Shown piece after piece: positions 23,700-37,369 of a stretch of 38,973 nucleotides of DNA. A program made the position numbers and the translations under genes. Every line of letters begins with the position of its first letter. The stretch's first letter is position 1. The DNA is from Octopus bimaculoides. Taxonomy: Eukaryota. The DNA lies in NCBI RefSeq assembly GCF_001194135.2, contig NC_068984.1, positions 49,181,504 to 49,220,476 on the forward strand. Reading direction: 5' to 3'. The notes under the pieces are model-generated. The model searched no databases. It saw nothing but the letters and a program-made list of their open reading frames with translations, and was not told the origin of the DNA.

Positions 23700-24295
23700 G
23701 TTGTTTCCACTGAGTACTTTCCACCTTTCATTTCCTATCTCCGTTCGATATAGGCTGCATTATAAACACAAGGTAGAAAAATCCATCGTTTAAAATAAGT
23801 CATAATGATTTATCTTATTTTCCATTTGTCTTTTAATATTTTCCACCCTAAATAACGCGCGTTGTCTTTCTCTTCTTCTTAAGTTCTTAAGATCTTTCTT
23901 TCTCTTTCATTTTCTTTTTCAGATCAGTCTACATCAACTGTAAACGCTAGGTAGAGAAAAATTCATAGTTTCAGATAAATCACTATGATTTGTGTATTTC
24001 GATTTCTTTTTCTCTTTCTCTAGTCTTCTCAGTAAATTATCCTATCTGTCTTTCTCTTTTTTACTAAGATCTTCCCTCCTCTCGCATTTTCTACCTCTAT
24101 TCCTCATAGACTACACTGATTGTAAAAACGAGGTAGAAAAGAATCACAATGAATTATTTATTTTGTCTTTTATCTTATTCTCCATCTCCGCACTAAAATA
24201 ATCCCTTTTTATCAGTTCAAAGTTTTTTTTTCCTCATCTTTCAGTTTCTACCTCCATTTTGTCTACATTAATTGTAAACAAGAGGTAGAAAATTA
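23700..24295 (+). repeat. Diverged tandem repeat, 4 units of ~150-180 bp
   Basis: Each unit has a pyrimidine tract followed by a core like TCTACATCAACTGTAAACGCTAG|GTAGA. The GT positions are 23773, 23951, 24133 and 24285. Confidence 0.7.
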
Positions 24296-24299
24296 TAAT

Positions 24300-24487
24300 T
24301 ACTGTTGCTGGGAGAATTGTTGGTACGTCGGACAAAAATGCTTACTGGCAGTTTTACCGTGATTTATGTCCCCAGTTCAACTTTGCTTTTCACCCTTTCG
24401 TGGTGGATAAAATAAAGTACTAGCCAAGTAATGAGATCGATTTAGTTGACTAACAGTGCTAATCTTATGCAAAAATTTGGAACAATG

Positions 24488-24490
<3 letters not shown>
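24300..24490 (+). mobile_element. SINE of the dominant family, strongly diverged, (ATT)n tail
   Basis: AACTTTGCTTTTCACCCTTTCGTGGTGGATAAAATAAAGTACTAG core and AAAATTTGGAAC end. Confidence 0.7.
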
Positions 24491-24519
<29 letters not shown>

Positions 24520-24544
24520 CGTCATCAACATCATTTCGTGTATA

Positions 24545-25603
24545 CGAGGTGCTGAAAAGTTCCTGGCTTTAAGGGTATCGTGAAAGGGTAGAGTTATTAC
24601 CTTACAGAGGAGGTAGGAGAACTATTTAGGAGAAGGTGAGCAAAAAATCAAGATGGTATACTATATATCTTTTTTTTTTTTGTAGACTTAACGCATGATA
24701 GCTCCTACAATGGATTGGGTAAATGTGAAGACCGGGCGGTCATGAAGTTCCTCATTTTGCATGGCAAAGAAGCGGCGGAAATTCATAGCGAGATGAAAGA
24801 AGTCTTCAAGGATGGTTGCTCATCTTACTCTACATTGAAAATCTGAGTGTCACGGTTTCACATTGGTTATTTCGATATCACAGATGAATCCCGGTTAGAA
24901 GAGCTAACTTCCGCGACCACAGAGAATAAAGCCGACGCTGCGCACGTCTCGAGAATCGCTGTATTTGAGCTGAGACTCTAGGGATTTTCCACGAAAGAGT
25001 TAGTCGCATCAGAAGTGCACCAGAAGCGCATCAGTGGTGATTTTGAACCGATTTGTAGCAGGCGAGGCTGATATTATGGCTCATTTAGGCACCATGGATG
25101 AAACTTGGCTTCATTACTACAATCCCCAGACCAAGCAGCAATCAATGAAGAAGCACAACAGCGGTTCACCGCATCCCAAGTAGTTTCGGACCCATGAGTC
25201 AGCTGGAAATGTTCTGGTTTCAGTGTTCTGGTTCAAAGACGGAATGTTCTTAAAATACCTGCCAAAGGGTCGCACCATCAACACAGAATACTACATGTCT
25301 CTGCTGGACGAACTGCGTGAAGCTTTGAAACAGAAACGCCATGGAAAGCTAAGCAGTGGTGTCGTTTTTGCAGGACAATGTACCAGCACACACAGCACAC
25401 GAAGCTCTACGGAAAATACTTTGGCTTCGAATTGGTACACAACCCAACTCACTCTCCTGACTTGATCACTTTCGACTATCACTTCTTTCTGCAACTGAAG
25501 AAACATCGAAGAGGAAGTATCGCTGCTATAGAAGCCTGTTTGGAGGACCAACCTTCTGAGTTCATTGTACATAGCTTAGCCAGAAATTTTCTGCATCTCT
25601 TCG
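24545..25603 (+). mobile_element. Mariner (DD34D-type) transposon, decayed, both TIRs with TA TSD
   Basis: Left end TA|CGAGGTGCTGAAAAGTTCCTGGCTT; right end AGCCAGAAATTTTCTGCATCTCTTCG|TA. Transposase remnants: EDRAVMKFLILHGKEAAEIHSEMKEVF, DETWLHYYNPQTKQQS, KYLPKGRTINTEYYMSLLDELREALKQKRHGKL and a SPDL-like motif. Confidence 0.9.
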
Positions 25604-26713
25604 TATATCACATATTTTCTCAAGTCATTGAATCAATATGGGATTGCTGCTTGTGAAACTGGAAGAAAGTTTTAAAATAGTCTAAACGCAAATCGCACAA
25701 ACATTCTAACGGAAGATATAATGAGAATGTCTCATCTGTGATACTCATTATTGAATACAATATATTATTATGAACAAATGAACTGAAAAATTATCTATTA
25801 GAAACATAGATGGCCTAGATGAGCGAAAACTAGTTTTAGGGTCGTTGTGTGGTATCGATTCTTCTCACGTATCTCTCTGCAGAAACAGGGACTGACTGGG
25901 GAAGGAGTGCGTTTTAGATATGCGAATTAGCTACAAATAAGGCTTAACAGTGATGGAACAACATTGGTAGGCTTACTCAATCTCAGCGATGTGTTCGTGG
26001 CAAGACGAGTTTGGTCGCCACTAAATAAACCAAGTCCAAAGGTATGCTAAACGTTGCACTGGTGTCCATAACAAGTGGACCATCCCAGTGTGGCTACATG
26101 AGAGTAGAGATAAATCAGTTATCCTAATTTTGACCCGAGGTTGTTAGGCAATATGCAACAAACTGAGTACTCGGTCAATTACTACAATTGATACTACCTT
26201 CGTAATCACGGATTTATCTGTCATGAGATTAGGCCAGCATCAATATGAGAAGTCTAATGAAGCATGCACGGTGGACGCCGAAAATCTGTTGGACTGTGTC
26301 TGCATCCTCAGCGATAAAAGATTGATAGACTTCATTTCAATGAACTAAGACAACCTCAGAATTTCGATCCGACATCTTGATTGAGCGGAGCCTATTTCCG
26401 TTCAGTGCCTCTCGTCTGCTACAGCACCTCCTTATTTGGCGAGTTTATTTTGAATGTGATGAAAATGCTCGAAGAAATTTAATTCAAAACTGCATTGGTT
26501 CCCGGGACTTGAAGTGTCCATTCTTCTGAGAGATGAAAGGGCAACTTACTGTGACAGACCAAAATGAAGATAGACCGTTAAACTTATCACATTATGTTCC
26601 CGATATAGCGGGAGCTGTCTGAACGTAAGCTCTCCCGGAGCTTCGTTAAAGCGATAATAAATAACACACGTAAATAAAGAAGATAAAATACTAAACATAT
26701 TCAACCGATCATA

Positions 26714-27590
26714 CGAGGTGTATCAAAATGTTCCCGGACTAGTTCTGTAGCGCACCAACAGATGGTAGCACACGGCTGCATGCGCAGTGAAAGCTAGCAG
26801 TGAGCTTCATGAGGCAGTGTGCCGAGTGACAATGCTGTGTTCACTTCGTAAGTTGTGAACTTTATGTTTTGGGGGTCACGTGTATGCTGTAGTCTACAAA
26901 TTTTGTTAGAGACAAGAAGTTCGAACAAAGAGCCAACGTGAAATTTTTGCGATAAACTTGGGAAGTCTGTTACAGAAACAGTGAGCATGCTTCAGCGAAC
27001 TTACGGTGAAGCAGCAGTAGTCACAATGGCAGAGCCTCTCATATCCACGACCGAAGAAGGTGCGACTGAGCTTCAGCTCAATCAAGAACATGCTCATCGT
27101 TTTCTTTTTCCGACATCCGCGGTATTGTGCATCGAGAATTCGTCCTTCAGGGTCAGATCGTCAATCGAGAGATTTACTGCGATGTTTTAGAGTGTTTCAA
27201 GGAGAGCAGACGACGAAAGCGACCGGATCTGTGGAGCGCGAAGAATTGGATTCTTCAGGATGACAATGCACTCTGTTGCCGAGCTTTCCTCACTCGTGAG
27301 TTTCTCGCTAAAAATAACCTACTTTCGCTTCTGCACCCACCCTATTCATCAGATTTAGCACCTGCGGACTTCCATCTCTTCCTCGAGATGAAAATCCGGC
27401 TCATAGGTTGAGATCCAGAGCGAATCACAGAAGGTCTTCGACTCGCTTACGGAAAACGACATCCGGGCCGGATTCCAAAAGTGGCAAGAACGCTGGGACC
27501 GGTGTATTACTGTGCAAAGTGAGTATTTCGAAGGAGATGATAGGTAACTTAAGAGTCGGTAAAAAAAAAAGGAAACTTAATTTTTGACGA
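26714..27590 (+). mobile_element. Second mariner transposon, internally deleted, right TIR not found
   Basis: Left end TA|CGAGGTGTATCAAAATGTTCCCGGACTAG. Remnants: KFEQRANVKF, LGKSVTETVSMLQRTYGEAAV, IVHREFVLQGQIVNREIYCDVL...WILQDDNA...HPPYSSDLAPADFHLF and FQKWQERWDRCI...EYFEGD. Confidence 0.9.
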
Positions 27591-27599
27591 AATGTACAA

Positions 27600-28899
27600 A
27601 GGAACAAAATAAACTACATCTCAAACCAAACGGTCTTACGCTGTTGCATTTTTGTTCTGAGCACATCTTTTTCGCTACTGATTCTGTGTAGATTTAAAGA
27701 GAAATACAAAACAACTTGCTTACACACGAGATCAAATGCTGGCAGCATCGGTCTTACTGACTATGAAATCATCAAAGCCACACACCGTTCAGATATTATC
27801 CTCACTAGAGGCTTGAGAGACGCTGATTACTTTTCGATCACTGATTAATCAGCTCAAAACTTAACATCAAATTGGAATTGAAACCTTGGATCAGAGCTCA
27901 CAATACATCAGAAAGATTAACGTCACACTTCGTGAAACTAACACTCATGCTGATTTCGGGAACTGTATCTTTGAAGAACTCCAACAACATCCGCTTCTTT
28001 CCTCACATGAATCCATCGGAAAACAGTGACAAAATTTGCAAGAGTTTATTGAATTTGCCAAAAGACGCCACTAAGACTGATTTGCTGTACGCCGTTCTGA
28101 AACTACATTCATTAAACAGAAAAGTCAAGCTCGGCTTACATCAAACAATTGCTGAAAAAAATGCAAAACTATCAAATCCAAAGTTCAAACCCGGATCCGC
28201 GAAATTCAAAATGATTGATGAATTTTAATAGCAGATATTAAATATAACTCTGATCAACAAGGCATGGGAAACTTTATGCTGCAATCAAAATCATCTATGA
28301 GCCTCCTCAATAACCGAACTAATATCAATGCTGCCACCATCGACCCTATTCCTCAATTTTATTTTCATTTGGAGATTGATATTCAACCAAATCTCACTGA
28401 AGTTCAAACATGCATTAGTGAAATAATGAATAGTAAATATCCAAGGACAGACAACAGAAATTTTCAAGACGAACAATCCCTGAATATCCGATTGCATCAC
28501 CTTCTTCTCACTTAGGAGAGACAATATGTCCCATTTAACCCCAAAGATGCCCCAATCCTCGCAGTTTTCAAAAAAGGAAATCGAGGGACGATGGTATCTC
28601 TAAGGGAAATTAGCTTCTGTCAACAGCTGCAGAAATCATTACAAGTATTTTATCTAAACGGCTCTTACCAATAGTTGACCCTGTACCCACTGAGCCGCAG
28701 ACAACATTTCTCTATGAGTGTGGTACAGAAGACATGAAATATCATACTATCCGTCATCTACAAGAAAAACCAAGGAGCACAAGCCGTTACATCTTCAGCT
28801 ATGCAATTATCAAAAAGCTGTACACAGAATATTCTAAGAAACACTAAGGAAACCACTTCAAAAGCTTAACATTTACCCAAAATTTATGCCATTATCCAT

Positions 28900-28953
<54 letters not shown>

Positions 28954-29870
28954 CATGACAGCATGAATTGTTCAGTACTATATAAACATTAAAATCGCTA
29001 TCATATGAGATCAAAAGTGGTGTGAAGCAAGGGGGCGCCCTTGCGGTAACTTGCTTCTCACTATACGTTTGTAACGTTCAGCTAGCTGATGAAAATAAAA
29101 GTGTATCTTTTTTACATGTACAACTTAGAACCAGGTGCGATGGAGCTATTATCAATCAAAAATGATTCTTATTGAAACGTAAAACATTCAGGAACACTAT
29201 TATTTTGGAATGTAGCGTATAGATGATAATGTTATATTCAATCATGACCAAATCCACCTCCCCTAAGTAAGTCATTTTGGGGTTTCAGTGTATGACGATT
29301 ATAGTCTAACAATTAACATCAACAAAATTCATAGCCTACACCAACCTACTCCACGATCCATCAATATTATATTTAAAATGCTATCAACAACCTGATCATA
29401 TAGGTCTCCTGATTATCATAACATCGCCTATCTTATCTTCGTATGCGACCATCGACAAGCAGATCAACTACTGCATGCGTGCTACTCGTGCTGCTTATAG
29501 AATGTTTTATCAGAGTTTTTACGAATCAGGAGCTCAAAACTACCTCCAAACTATCTGTCGTCCGAGCAGCAGTTATAAATACACTTTTTTTTATGTTTAC
29601 GAGACATGGAATCTTTATCGATGTTATATCAAGTACCCTGAACGGTTCTTTTGCTCACTTCTAAGTATTAACAGGGTACTAAAGAAGACCGGCATCTATG
29701 TTCTTGAATAAGAAAAAATAATATGCATCTGTGGTGACTTGGTCATATCCAAAGGATTGACAAGGAACGGCTATAAAAGACTATCAATTATTCTGAAAAG
29801 TTTCACGATGGAAGACCACTACTGGGGTTTAGAGATATCCTGAAGCAAACCCTGCTTCTATAAAATTAGT
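27600..29870 (+). mobile_element. RTE (BovB-like) LINE remnant: endonuclease C-terminal part, RT and C-terminus
   Basis: NGLTLLHFCSEH, KYKTTCLHTRS, FKKGNRG, RLLPIV...EPQ, SGVKQGAPL, a DD motif at ~29220, and LGHIQRIDKERL...GRPLLGFRDILKQTL. Confidence 0.8.
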
Positions 29871-32061
29871 TAAGGCCCCCATGTTAGAATGCAAAATAAA
29901 GTAATTAAAGATGGTAGGGACAGCTTCTCAGGGTGAGAAGGCCTACTATGACGATGTTATGAAGCATATGAAATATTTCTGAGATGCAGATATTACATTC
30001 CCACAATTTATCTGTAAATAGAATAGTGTGATTAAATCTAACCGTTTAATATTTACTTTCTCTTATTCTCGTGTTTTCGAAATATATTGTGTTAACAGCA
30101 CTATGTAGCAAGGAATTATGTTGGAACAATGAAAAATCTGCTGATTTCCATGATATTGTTCATATTATTGGTATTTTTGTTGTTGATATTGTTAAGACCC
30201 ATGTCAAATATTAACGAGTAGGCCTCTAATCGAAGGCGTTCATGCTATATCCGTCCGTCTTATCTAATATTACTTACCTTTTTAAAGACGATAGGGTGTA
30301 TGATTTGCTACTTATTGCAGGTCGAGCGATCGTATACAGGTTCTCTCGTTGAAACTTTTACTTCACCAAAGTTTTGCTGTCTTTTATATCAGTGTAGCAG
30401 ACAAAAGATTTTCGAGGTCATCTTAATTGCAGAGGGTAGAATAAAATCTATGAGACGGTAATTGCACATTCGGCTGTCAGAAGCTATATTAGACTGTAAA
30501 TTGTTAACATTTGTTTATTGTGCTGGAGTGGTTTCAGATAGTTGAAGCCTACTTTTATTTTCTTTCTGTTGAACAAATTGCGTAACCTGTAGCTCTGGGG
30601 TGAGTAGTTTATCGATTGGAGTGCGAAACTTTCTACCTACTCTGCTTTCAATATCCATGTTAAATAATAGGATTTACACCAGATGATGTTTATGCCGCAT
30701 TATAATCTACTGAGTATACCCCTGGCACTATGGAGGAAACCCTGACTAATAGCACTGGTCACGTAGCCGACGACTACTGTACCAGCCGCTTGATTTTACC
30801 TCCTTTTAAGGTCATCCGCACACAATGCGTGTTATGTAAAACCTAAATATGGATTACAATGCATGCGTGTATGTACGTGTGCAGCTGTCTGCATGAGAGT
30901 GAATGTACGTTTGTATGTGTGTGTACATGCATGTGTGTGTACATGCATGTGTGTGTGCATGTATATGTGTCTGTATATTCTTTTGCATTTATCGGACTAG
31001 TTTTTGTGGCCATGCTATGCATTGGGATGGATTCATGAGTGTGTATACGAGTGTAAGAATGTATATTATATATACATATATGCATTTGAATTATAAACTT
31101 ATCCTCGTTATTTATTCTATATCCTAGTTTTTTAGTCATCTATTAACCAAAGTCGAATCACGAAATTCTTATTTCGAAAATAAGTAACCTCAAATACTTG
31201 ACTATATACGCAATTTTTAACAAATATACTGCTCACACATACATACATACATGAATACATGCATACATGCATACATACATACATACATACATACATACAT
31301 GCATGCATGCATACTGGTAGACAGAAGCATACACGCAAATATAATTTCCTTTACATGTATAGCATAAAGAAAACCACTGCATTTCTACTTAACGTGTTTA
31401 ATACTCATATCGTCCCAACGATTCGTATAGTTTGGAATATTACATTTACATAAGTCTTCTGGGTCTACTATTTCTTTAGTATTTGAATGATGTATGCTGT
31501 GATGACAGATCTGGCAAGAGAGCTGTTTAAAATTAATGGAAAAGAAGTACAGAATTGATTTATTGCATCTGCTGTTGTCTATCATTGAGTGATTCCGGAT
31601 TTTACATTCTTGACAGCTACTGACATTTTACTACCATTTACACTCGCTTCCTTCTTATCTAGTTGATTTCTCTTCTCACTTTGCCGTTATTACAGTCCTT
31701 TATTTTTCCCCCCTATTACGCAATTGTTTATCTGGTCCTGCTCGAGCTTCCCCTGATCTATTTGTTTCTCTTAGAAACTTCCTGCTTTCAGATTCTGAAG
31801 AAGAGCTTTCATGTGAATCGTTAAAATCCGTTTCTCCTCACATAGTTGAAGTCACATGATTCACTATTTGTTCAATTAATGTTAAACTCTAGTTATACTT
31901 TATTTACAGCTGTCTCTTTAAATATACATACATTTATGTAAATATATTTCTATAGGTATATATCCCTTTTTGAACATTTATATGGTGCGTTATGTTCTTC
32001 TGCAAGACACTTTATTTCACGTTGCTCCAGTTCACTCAACTAGATAAAAAAATGAGTAGTA

Positions 32062-32239
32062 CCTGTAATTCAAAGCGACTACCTTGTCACTCTGTGTCAC
32101 GCTGAATCTCGCTGATAACTACGTTAAAGGTACGCGTATCTGTGGAGTGCTCAGCCACTTGTACATTGATTTCACAAGCATGATGTTCAATTGATCTAAT
32201 CCGCTGGAGTAGTCGTCGTTGTAGCGGACAGATAGTGCC
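32062..32239 (+). mobile_element. 3' half of the tRNA SINE family seen at 3852-4235
   Basis: CCTTGTCACTCTGTGTCACGCTGAATCTC...AACTACGTTAAAGGTACGCGTATCTGTGGAGTGCTCAGCCACTTG aligns to the reverse complement of 3860-4030. Confidence 0.8.
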
Positions 32240-32859
32240 TGTCGTGTGTTTAATTAAAATAGCAGTACTAGATTCTCAAAACACACTATGAGCTATCACT
32301 TAAGTTAAATGTATATTTTAATAAAGGCTTGATTCGGCTTCATGCAGCATGACGTTTCGTATTATATATAGATTTAATCAAAAGATTAAATGTGGTACTT
32401 AAAATATTTGAGGCACCAGAATTTGGTAGGGTAAAAACCAGAAACAAAATCAAGACTAGTCTGTAGAACAGCAGCATAGTCGAGATGGTATGTTTTCTTC
32501 TCTTACTCTTGGTTTTTGCACACATCTCCAAAATGACTTTCTAAAATGAAATTCCATTATGCAGCTGAGGAGTACATTTCCATTGTACATTCTATGTAGT
32601 GTTCTCACTACATGAATAAATGGAGCTTGTACGAAACGTATGTACTGCTATAGCCTATTGAATTTTTGTTGCTTTTCTTCAAATTATATATATATATATA
32701 AACAAAGCACAAAAAACGAACTATTTTTACGGACAACAGAATGAACACATAGGAAAACAGACAAGCCACATATGGAACTTTTCCTTCATCAGCTGCCTCT
32801 ATTCTAAACTAGGCGTTTCGAAGATGAGACGGAAAGCGATCTTGGAATAACTCTTCCCG

Positions 32860-33337
32860 CAAAGTAGTTCCAAGTGTTATGCATACAAAATTTCCTGCAT
32901 GTGTCATAGTTTTAGGCCTTAGAGTTAATTCTGCCGCCTACACTGAGGTCCTGGAAATAATTTTTAAGCCCTGGATAGACAGTGTATGCAATCGAAGGCC
33001 ATATGAGTTTCAGTAAGACTCTGCATTATCAAACCTGGCTCTAGTAACACAGGAATGGATGGCTGAAAACTTTCATGATCACATAACCTCTAACATTTGG
33101 CCTCCTAATTTCCTAGATCTCAATCCATTGGGCTATTACACGTGGAGCGTTGTTGAGGGAGAGTCCAATAAACACGCCCATGACACCAAATATTCCAAAA
33201 TGAACCAAGACCACTTGATTCCAGTATGTAGATGATTTAGATCTCATACAGAAGCGGCTGTAGAAGCTGAAGATGGCTTTATTGAATAACATTATAGAAA
33301 AGGTTTATTCTTATCCTCATAGCATTTTTTGATAACG
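32860..33337 (+). mobile_element. Tc1/mariner-superfamily transposase 3' fragment (maT/DD37D-like)
   Basis: TKFPACVIVLG, KPWIDSVCNRRPYEFQ*DSA, TQEWMAENFHDHITSNIWPPNFLDLNPLGYYTWSVVE (WPPNSPDLNPLDY motif) and AAVEAEDGFIE*. It runs into the gap. Confidence 0.8.
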
Positions 33338-33670
33338 NNNNNNNNNNNNNNNNNNNNNNNNNNNNNNNNNNNNNNNNNNNNNNNNNNNNNNNNNNNNNNN
33401 NNNNNNNNNNNNNNNNNNNNNNNNNNNNNNNNNNNNNNNNNNNNNNNNNNNNNNNNNNNNNNNNNNNNNNNNNNNNNNNNNNNNNNNNNNNNNNNNNNNN
33501 NNNNNNNNNNNNNNNNNNNNNNNNNNNNNNNNNNNNNNNNNNNNNNNNNNNNNNNNNNNNNNNNNNNNNNNNNNNNNNNNNNNNNNNNNNNNNNNNNNNN
33601 NNNNNNNNNNNNNNNNNNNNNNNNNNNNNNNNNNNNNNNNNNNNNNNNNNNNNNNNNNNNNNNNNNNNNN
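33338..33670. other. Assembly gap (333 N)
   Basis: Run of N. Confidence 0.99.
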
Positions 33671-35101
33671 CCTGTTCGAAGGTTATAAAGGACACAGGTT
33701 TCGTGTGTCACATAGCTAGCTAGAGGCGATGGCTTCTTGGAGCTAATTCACGGCAGCTTTCGTCCTAATTTTGGGACTGCCATGTTGGCTTGGCGATAAC
33801 TATTAATTTCCAGTACCGCTGCCGTAGTCTCCTTTAGAGAGACTTAGAAATATTAATAACTCTATATATATATATATATATATTATAAACATAAATCTGT
33901 CCTTAAATATCTTACGTACCCTGTATATATGCTTTGGTTATATGAAATGACAAGAATCGAGGCACCTCAACTCTTAGGACGCTAGAAATGGCTAGGTGTT
34001 GGGTACTTGATGTGGCGTATGTATAGAAATTACGCAGAAATGGTTGGATTACTTCAGTAAATGTTGGTTATATCCATGTCGATGTTTAAAATCTTACCTC
34101 CTCAAAACCTTACATTGAAAATTTTTATCTGATGATGGTTGGGTATATATATTATACTATAATCTTTTATGTCTGCATTAAATAAATAAAATTATAGTGA
34201 ATCAGCTGTCGTAAATTATAATCGTAAGCTATGTCGTAGACTATGTGTGCATTTGTTTGTGTGTGTGTATGCTCGCGCGTGTGTGTTTGCACGCGCGTGT
34301 GTATGTATTGTCATGATCAAAGGGTGGTGGTGTACATGTGTGTGTATGTATGTGTATCATTATAAAAGTTAGCATTCCGATTCGCCTGACTGTTTTATGA
34401 AAATATGCAAATTTAAGTGTCAAACAATTAAACGATAAATTAATTTTTATATAGAATATTTAAAGAATATATTACTTTCCAATGTATTTGAAACTGCATA
34501 TCAAATTTTCGAAGCAATAATTCTTTTAACTAAGGGCCTTTAATAGTTACAGAAAGTGTGCGTGCGTGCTTGCTGCACGTTGGAAAGAATTAGAGTGAGA
34601 CACAAAGAGAGAAACTGGAGAAAAATGGCAGAAGGCAAAACAGTTATTGGGGTCGTAAACTGACTAAGTCTCATTTATAATATTTTTTTCCTATCAATCA
34701 TTCAACATCTCTTTTCTTAAACTTTCCCTATTTTCTCTTGGGGTATTAGAGACTGAGATTTTTCGTTAAGCATATTCTCAGATGAGTTTGGAGTTAAGTA
34801 CAAATTTTGAGAAAAAAACTTTGTTGTTTTGAAGATAAATAGGAAATCAACGCTCAGAGATACAGATGTGTGTGAGTGTGTGTGTGTGTGTGTGTATGTA
34901 TATGTGTGTGTGTGTGTGTGCGTGTGTGTGTGTGTGTGTATGTTTGAGAGAGTGATATAGCGAAAGAGAGAGAAATTAAAGAAAAACTGAAAAAGAAANN
35001 NNNNNNNNATATAGCGAAAGAGAGAGAAATTAAAGAAAAACTGAAAAAGAAAGAAATCAGTGCCTTGTGTACGGGGATATACATACATATGTGTGTGTAT
35101 T

Positions 35102-35102
35102 C

Positions 35103-35175
<73 letters not shown>
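35102..35175. repeat. (GATA)n tetranucleotide microsatellite
   Basis: Direct. Confidence 0.95.
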
Positions 35176-35372
35176 TCGTATACAGACACCGAGATCCACA
35201 AATCTGATCAAAAGTTAATAACATTCGTCTCAGAATTATAAGCGACTCAGTCGCTTGGCAATTGTACTAATTTCTGTAGATCGATTATCCATGAGGCATA
35301 ATCATGTATTCATTTGCCAGTAGTATTGCAGTGATTCATTGTTCAAGTTACACCATTGTTTCTCCCATTCAG

Positions 35373-35464
35373 ATGACAATATGAGTGAAGCAACAGGAAT
35401 TACAAGCATAAACGATATTGAAAAGCATGAGAAAAATTTAAACTTACACTCTATGATAATTTAA
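35373..35464 (+). CDS. Candidate terminal coding exon (xDNMSEATGITSINDIEKHEKNLNLHSMII*)
   Basis: Acceptor TTGTTTCTCCCATTCAG, a phase-1 open frame to TAA at 35462-35464, then non-repetitive AT-rich UTR-like sequence. No homology recognised. Confidence 0.2.
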
Positions 35465-36119
35465 TTATTCATCGTTTGTTTGTATGCTTGCTTCTATCTT
35501 TGTATATTTTACAAATTCTCAGCTAAATTTTATTTGTTATTATTAATACCTTCAGAGTAATATTTCAGATGCTGTACTTAGATTGATCAGCTTGACATTT
35601 TATACAATATCTTCGATGTGAGATATAGATCAGTTGAACTACTCTCTATCCTGTGTTGGGATTTCAACAGTGGCTAGTGAACTGTTTACTTGTGCACAAA
35701 AATTCTGTTTATGAAACCACTATTACTTACCGCTTAAGTAAAAGAAATGTAACGCATTCTTGGTTGCTACTTCGTCAAATGTATTTTGTTTCAATATTGT
35801 ACTGTTTTGAAAAGATTGTTACCTAACAATGTTTAAAATATGCTCCTACGAAGCTAAATAGCACAGATAGATGTAGGCTCCTAAGAGAAAAAAATCACTC
35901 ATCAAGAAAATCAAAAGACTTAATAGCAAAAAATCAACCATTTACAAAACTTTCACCAATGGCATCCACGATCAATAGCAATAAGAACAATTGAGTCGGA
36001 AAAAATATCATCTACAGAACAGCAGGAAAACCCACATAAACAACCAAAGGGCAACAAGAATCCAAATGTGCTCTATTCACTTGCCAACAATCACAGGACT
36101 ACTGTCTCACCCACTGGTT

Positions 36120-36760
36120 CACCCTCGCTAACAAATACAGAACTGCTGTCGCATCCATTTGTTCGGTGATAGATGAAATATATTCTCCACCATGATGCTA
36201 AAGAAATGGCAGAGGTTCTGCAGAAATTATATTGTTCTGTTTTTAACGATCCCAATGATGTTGACGTAAGATATTTCAACGAACTCAGCCTCCAATATGT
36301 TATTTCTGACATGACATTTACAGCCTCAGGCATCATTTCAGTAATAAATGAAAGCAAACATTATTCTGATAGATTTCCTGCTAGAGTACTAAAGGAAAGT
36401 AGACACCAACTTGCATTCCCTCTAACCTCTGGAGAAAATCTTTAGACTCAGAGTATATACCGAAATATTACTTATCTCAATCTGTCATCCGAGTCTTCAA
36501 GAAGGGAGACAGGTTTCTTGCAGTAAACTGTCGCCTAATTTCAGTCACTTCCCATATCATCAAAGTGTGTGAAAGGGTGGCGAGATCAAGAATAAATGGC
36601 CTCCTAAAGCGTAATCATCTCCAAAATACCAACCATCATGGCTTTCATTGCGACAGAGACTGCATAACACAGCGTTTACATCACTTAGATGACATCCTTT
36701 AAGTTTTGGGAGAGGGCTTGACCACTGACGTTATATATCTTGACTTTAGCAAACTTACTA
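36120..36760 (+). mobile_element. CR1-clade LINE fragment (pre-RT and N-terminal RT)
   Basis: KEMAEVLQKLYCSVF, FPARVLKESRHQLAFPL, FKKGDRFLAVNCRLISVTSHIIKVCERV, HHGFHCDRDCITQRLHHLDDIL and DVIYLDFSK. Confidence 0.85.
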
Positions 36761-37369
36761 ACGACTGTGTCTGTTACCCCAATAGTTGACAAAATGTTAT
36801 ATTGTTACATATCACGCCATTGGCAAAGCATGTTATCCACGCCAAAGTTAAACGTTCAAAAGTCTCGTACATCTTGTTGTAAACATAGACTATGAGATAT
36901 TAGTAAATTACATCATCATAATCAATATGATCATTGCATAATTTGAGGGGAATTTCATGGGTTTGCTGTTGTCAGGTCATTCTAGTTTTAACGTTAACAT
37001 TGAATACTAAGCACCGACTAGAGTTCCGAAAAAATTCAATTATTAAAAAGAGCCACTACATCACCACAATCACTACAACCTAATTTAACGCCATCGGCTT
37101 TGTCACTATTCTCAGCATTTCCACACTGTCATCATCGTCGGCACTTCATCATCATCATCCTCATCAGCAACAGCAGCAGCAGCAGCAGCAACAACAACAC
37201 CATTACCATTGCTAATTAATTAACTCTATTTATTATCGTTTAAATGTAAGGCTCGAACTCATTACTATATATCATTTAACTACATTGCCATTTTCGACAG
37301 TTTGCTAAATACTCCAAATAGCCAGTAATTCTTCCAGTTTCTCTTTTTGTCTCTCACACACTCTCTCTC

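Noticed and set aside
32760-32830. Minus-strand GAAACG...CTGATGAAGG motif
   Set aside because: The order and pairing do not give a closed hammerhead: no GAAA follows stem II and there is no UH/stem I.
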